A stretch of 64,000 nucleotides of DNA. Origin: Octopus bimaculoides (Eukaryota). The notes below the pieces were generated by a model that had not been told where the DNA came from, ran no database searches, and was given only the letters and a program-made list of their open reading frames with translations. This document shows, one piece after another, positions 60,261 through 64,000 of this stretch. The number at the start of each line of letters is the position of its first letter. The stretch's first letter is position 1. The DNA is taken from positions 76,345,448-76,409,447 of the forward strand of contig NC_068984.1 in the NCBI RefSeq assembly GCF_001194135.2, given 5' to 3'. The position numbers were made by a program, and so were the translations under genes.

Positions 60261-60650
60261 TTTTCAATATAGCGGTTAATAGACACAAAGCAATGTAACA
60301 AAGAAGAAATATATAAGAAACAAACCAATGAAGTAGAAGGGCTCTGAGTGAATTCCCCACTAAATTATAGAAAAATATCACATTGATGGAATACAGAAAA
60401 AAAAAACATCACAGGAATCACTGCCTTCTTTAAGAATATAAAATTTATTTATTCCAGCACACATGTGCAAAATGTAACAGATGTAGATACATACACACAC
60501 ACGCTATACAAGAGTCATTGTAATGTTTCATAGAAAAGCAGATAGTGAACAGATTACAATGATGATCACCACCCATCAGTTGACATAAAATAATTGACAT
60601 CCACGATGTATCAATGAATATCTGTACTTACACATCCACATCCATGTATA

Positions 60651-61012
60651 CTCTTTTACTTCTTTCAGTCATTTGACTGCAGCCATGCTGGAGCATCGCC
60701 TTTAGTTGAACAAATCAACCCTAAGACTTATTTTTTGTAAGCCTAGTACTTATTTTATCAGACTCTTTTTGCTGAACTGCTAATTTACAGGGACATAAAC
60801 ACACCAACATCAGTTGCCAAGTGATGGTAGGAGGAAAACACAGACACACAAATATATATATATACGACAGGTTTCTTTCAGTTTCCATCTACCAAGTCCA
60901 CTCACAAGGCTTTGGTCAGTCCGAGGCTATAGTAGAAGACACTTGCCTAAGGTGCCACACAGTGGGACTGAACCCAGAACCATGTGGTTGGGAAGCAAGC
61001 TTCTTACCACAC
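60651..61012 (-). mobile_element. SINE family A
   Basis: Same landmarks as 8603-9046. Confidence 0.85.
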
Positions 61013-61119
61013 ATATTTTTATTTCTATTATTATTTAGAAGAAGCAACAGAGTGACTCAAGGGCCAAGAGTTTTATGCATGAAACGTTCAGTCCTTGACT
61101 ACCTCTGTTGATTCTGTTA

Positions 61120-61195
61120 AATATTATTAATATATATACATATGTATATATTTATATATGTGTGTGTGTCTGTGTATTTCATATATTTATATATA

Positions 61196-61283
<88 letters not shown>

Positions 61284-62147
61284 GGTGAGAAAGTTGGTAA
61301 TGTTTATATATCAAAAAGATTTTCTAACATTTTTCTGACATAATTTAAATATATACTTTAACCATGTAACACAAGCCTTCTGTAGTTTTTTCACTCTTAT
61401 TATCTTTTATATATATATCTGTGTGTATACTATATATGTATTCTTTTGTTCTTTTACTTGTTTAAGTCATTGGATTGTGGCCATGGCTGGGCACTGCCTT
61501 GACAGTCATATCTGATTAAACTGATACCAGTTATTTTTCTGTGTTATACCGGTTAGTTATTGAAGCGGTTTCTTCTAGCCCAAAGTAATGGCAATGAAAG
61601 TAAGCCAACACTGTTTGTCAAGTGGTGAAAAAACAAACACAAATCCTCATACATACACACACAAATGCCCAACTGGGACACACATACACACACAAGCTAT
61701 CCTGTAGCTTACATTAACAAAATTCCATTAAAAGGTATTGGTTGACCTGTAGGTTGAAGGAAGACACTTGCCCAAAGAGCCATGCAGTGAGACTGAGCCC
61801 AAAACCATGTTGATTGTAAAGTGAACTTCTACCCATATAGCCATGTCTGTATATATAAATATATATAGATACACACACACACACACACACATCTATATAG
61901 TTATTATATATCTTTTATAGTTATATACATCTGTATAGTTATTATACACTTACATACATGCTCAAGCATACACACACAGTCCAACAGCAGTAGATGTTCA
62001 AGCAGTGAAGCAAAGTAGTTTAGCATTTACTATTACAACAAATATTATATACACATAAAAATAATTATGTATATTACATTCCTTTGTCAGAGAACTAAAA
62101 CATTTCATGTTTGTGCATGTGTTTATATATGTGCGTGTGTGTGTGTG

Positions 62148-62186
<39 letters not shown>

Positions 62187-62251
62187 NNNNNNNNNNNNNN
62201 NNNNNNNNNNNNNNNNNNNNNNNNNNNNNNNNNNNNNNNNNNNNNNNNNNN

Positions 62252-62287
<36 letters not shown>

Positions 62288-62304
62288 CACACACACATAC
62301 ATAT

Positions 62305-62346
<42 letters not shown>

Positions 62347-63846
62347 GGTATTTACGTTTTTATGCAGATATAAAAAGTGCTCAATGCACACCTGTGTGTA
62401 GTGTTTGTAACTGTGTGTTGGTAAACTGAATTATATTCTCTCAGACCTAAAGGTTTTGTGTAATTGATGTGTGGTCAGCTGCACTCACCAAATAAGTCTA
62501 AACACCATCAGGCTTTATGACAAGTACGATAATCACCCAAGTATGAAGAAATAATCCAGTATGCCAACATATAATTATATGTGCATGTGTGTGAATAGAT
62601 ATTAATAAGAGGCCACACCAATGGATGTAAACAATTGCATCAGGTTGTAACAGTTCTCAGACGAAGATTGCAGCGTGGTGTGAAACTGGATTCACAAGAT
62701 AAATATTCAGCTTAAATAAACTGTTCACTCTATGAGTATTCCATACTTTTTTATCATTCATTCAACATACTTATCAACTTTTGAAATACACACACACACA
62801 CACACATATACATATATATAAAATATATATCTGTGTGTAAATGTACATACATATTTATGTGTATTTATGTGTGTATATATATATATATATATATACATAC
62901 ACATACACATATGTATGTGTGTGTGTATATATATGTGCATATATATTCATATGTATATAATTGTATGCATGCATATATACATATATATATATATATGCAT
63001 ATGTACAATTATATACATATAAATATATATGCACATATTTATACACACACACATTCATACATATGTGTGTCTATATACACGTGTGTGTGTACATATGGGT
63101 ATTTATATGTACACACATATATATAATTAGATATCATTTGATTTTATGTCTATTGTTCCAGGCTAGCATGGTTTACATGTATAATGGTTTTACAGCTGGA
63201 TGCTCTTCCTGTCACTTACTCTTGTGGATTAACAATGATACTAATGCTTTCATGTGGGAAGTTCACAATTTTTCAAGTGTTCCACATAAGAATGTTGGTA
63301 ATCCATTTCCATGTCATCTAACATGGAAGTGAATTTCTAAAATTTTTGAAGTGAATGTTTGAAAAATTGCAAGCACCTAACATGAAACCATTGGTAACAT
63401 TGTTAATCTACAGATAAAGTATATACACACACACAGACATATTTCAACACTTATCTAAGAGGTCTAATTAGGTGTGCAGTGTATGTCACACACCTGTGTG
63501 TTCTCAAACAGCATGATCAATATTGGGAGAAGACTGGGAAAATTGGGAAAACAAGGTACTCTTTATCTTCATTATATAATTGAGTACTGTTTGATGAGTA
63601 CCAGTGAGACTTCAAAGCCTTTGATACCAGTGAAAACAGTCAGGATGTTTCTCTTATGGTTGCACCAATTCTGCTGTCCCCACCAGAGGGTAGCAATATT
63701 ATCATTGAAGGCGTGAAATTGCATTTGACCCTCTGGCCAATAACTGATGAGGATTTGGTGACCTTCTGTGTCTATTTTCCATTTATCTGTGCATTTATTA
63801 TAGTTTTTTAAAAAACTTGTATATATATATGTGTGTGTATATATAT

Positions 63847-63877
<31 letters not shown>

Positions 63878-63894
63878 CATACATATATATATAT

Positions 63895-63937
<43 letters not shown>

Positions 63938-63942
63938 CATAC

Positions 63943-63973
<31 letters not shown>

Positions 63974-64000
63974 CATACATATATATATATATATATATAC
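61120..64000. repeat. Zone dense in (AT)n/(AC)n/(GT)n compound microsatellites
   Basis: Runs at 61120-61285, 62100-62345, 62780-63125 and 63820-64000. Confidence 0.9.

Noticed and set aside
62599-62715. Possible terminal exon INKRPHNGCKQLHQVVTVLRRRLQRGVKLDSQDKYSA* with AATAAA
   Set aside because: The acceptor has no polypyrimidine tract and the peptide is unrecognised; insufficient support.
63604-63810. Short open frames on both strands between microsatellites
   Set aside because: No convincing splice signals or recognisable protein motif.

Overview
AT-rich, microsatellite-dense animal genomic DNA with six N gaps. The SINE/MITE repertoire matches what I recall from Octopus (coleoid cephalopod); this is recognition from memory, not a database result. 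The main feature is a + strand, 5'-incomplete gene of at least 13 GT-AG coding exons (4140-40026). Their phases chain perfectly into a 683-aa, highly hydrophobic multi-pass membrane protein. The ORF track misses most of it. The protein resembles plant NO EXINE FORMATION 1 (NEF1), for which I know no characterised animal orthologue. The rest of the window is mostly transposon debris: tRNA-derived SINE families (some in tandem arrays), RTE, CR1-like and R4/Dong LINE remnants, Tc1 and mariner remnants, Helitron pieces and TTAA MITEs. A CpG-retaining zone at about 47.7-50.9 kb may be the promoter of a further gene that I could not identify. Notable structures: a minimal type I hammerhead ribozyme fold in a sense-strand intron, a 111-bp intronic palindrome, two 33-35 bp hairpins, locally templated insertions and inversions, and a perfect IR1 nuclear-receptor palindrome.
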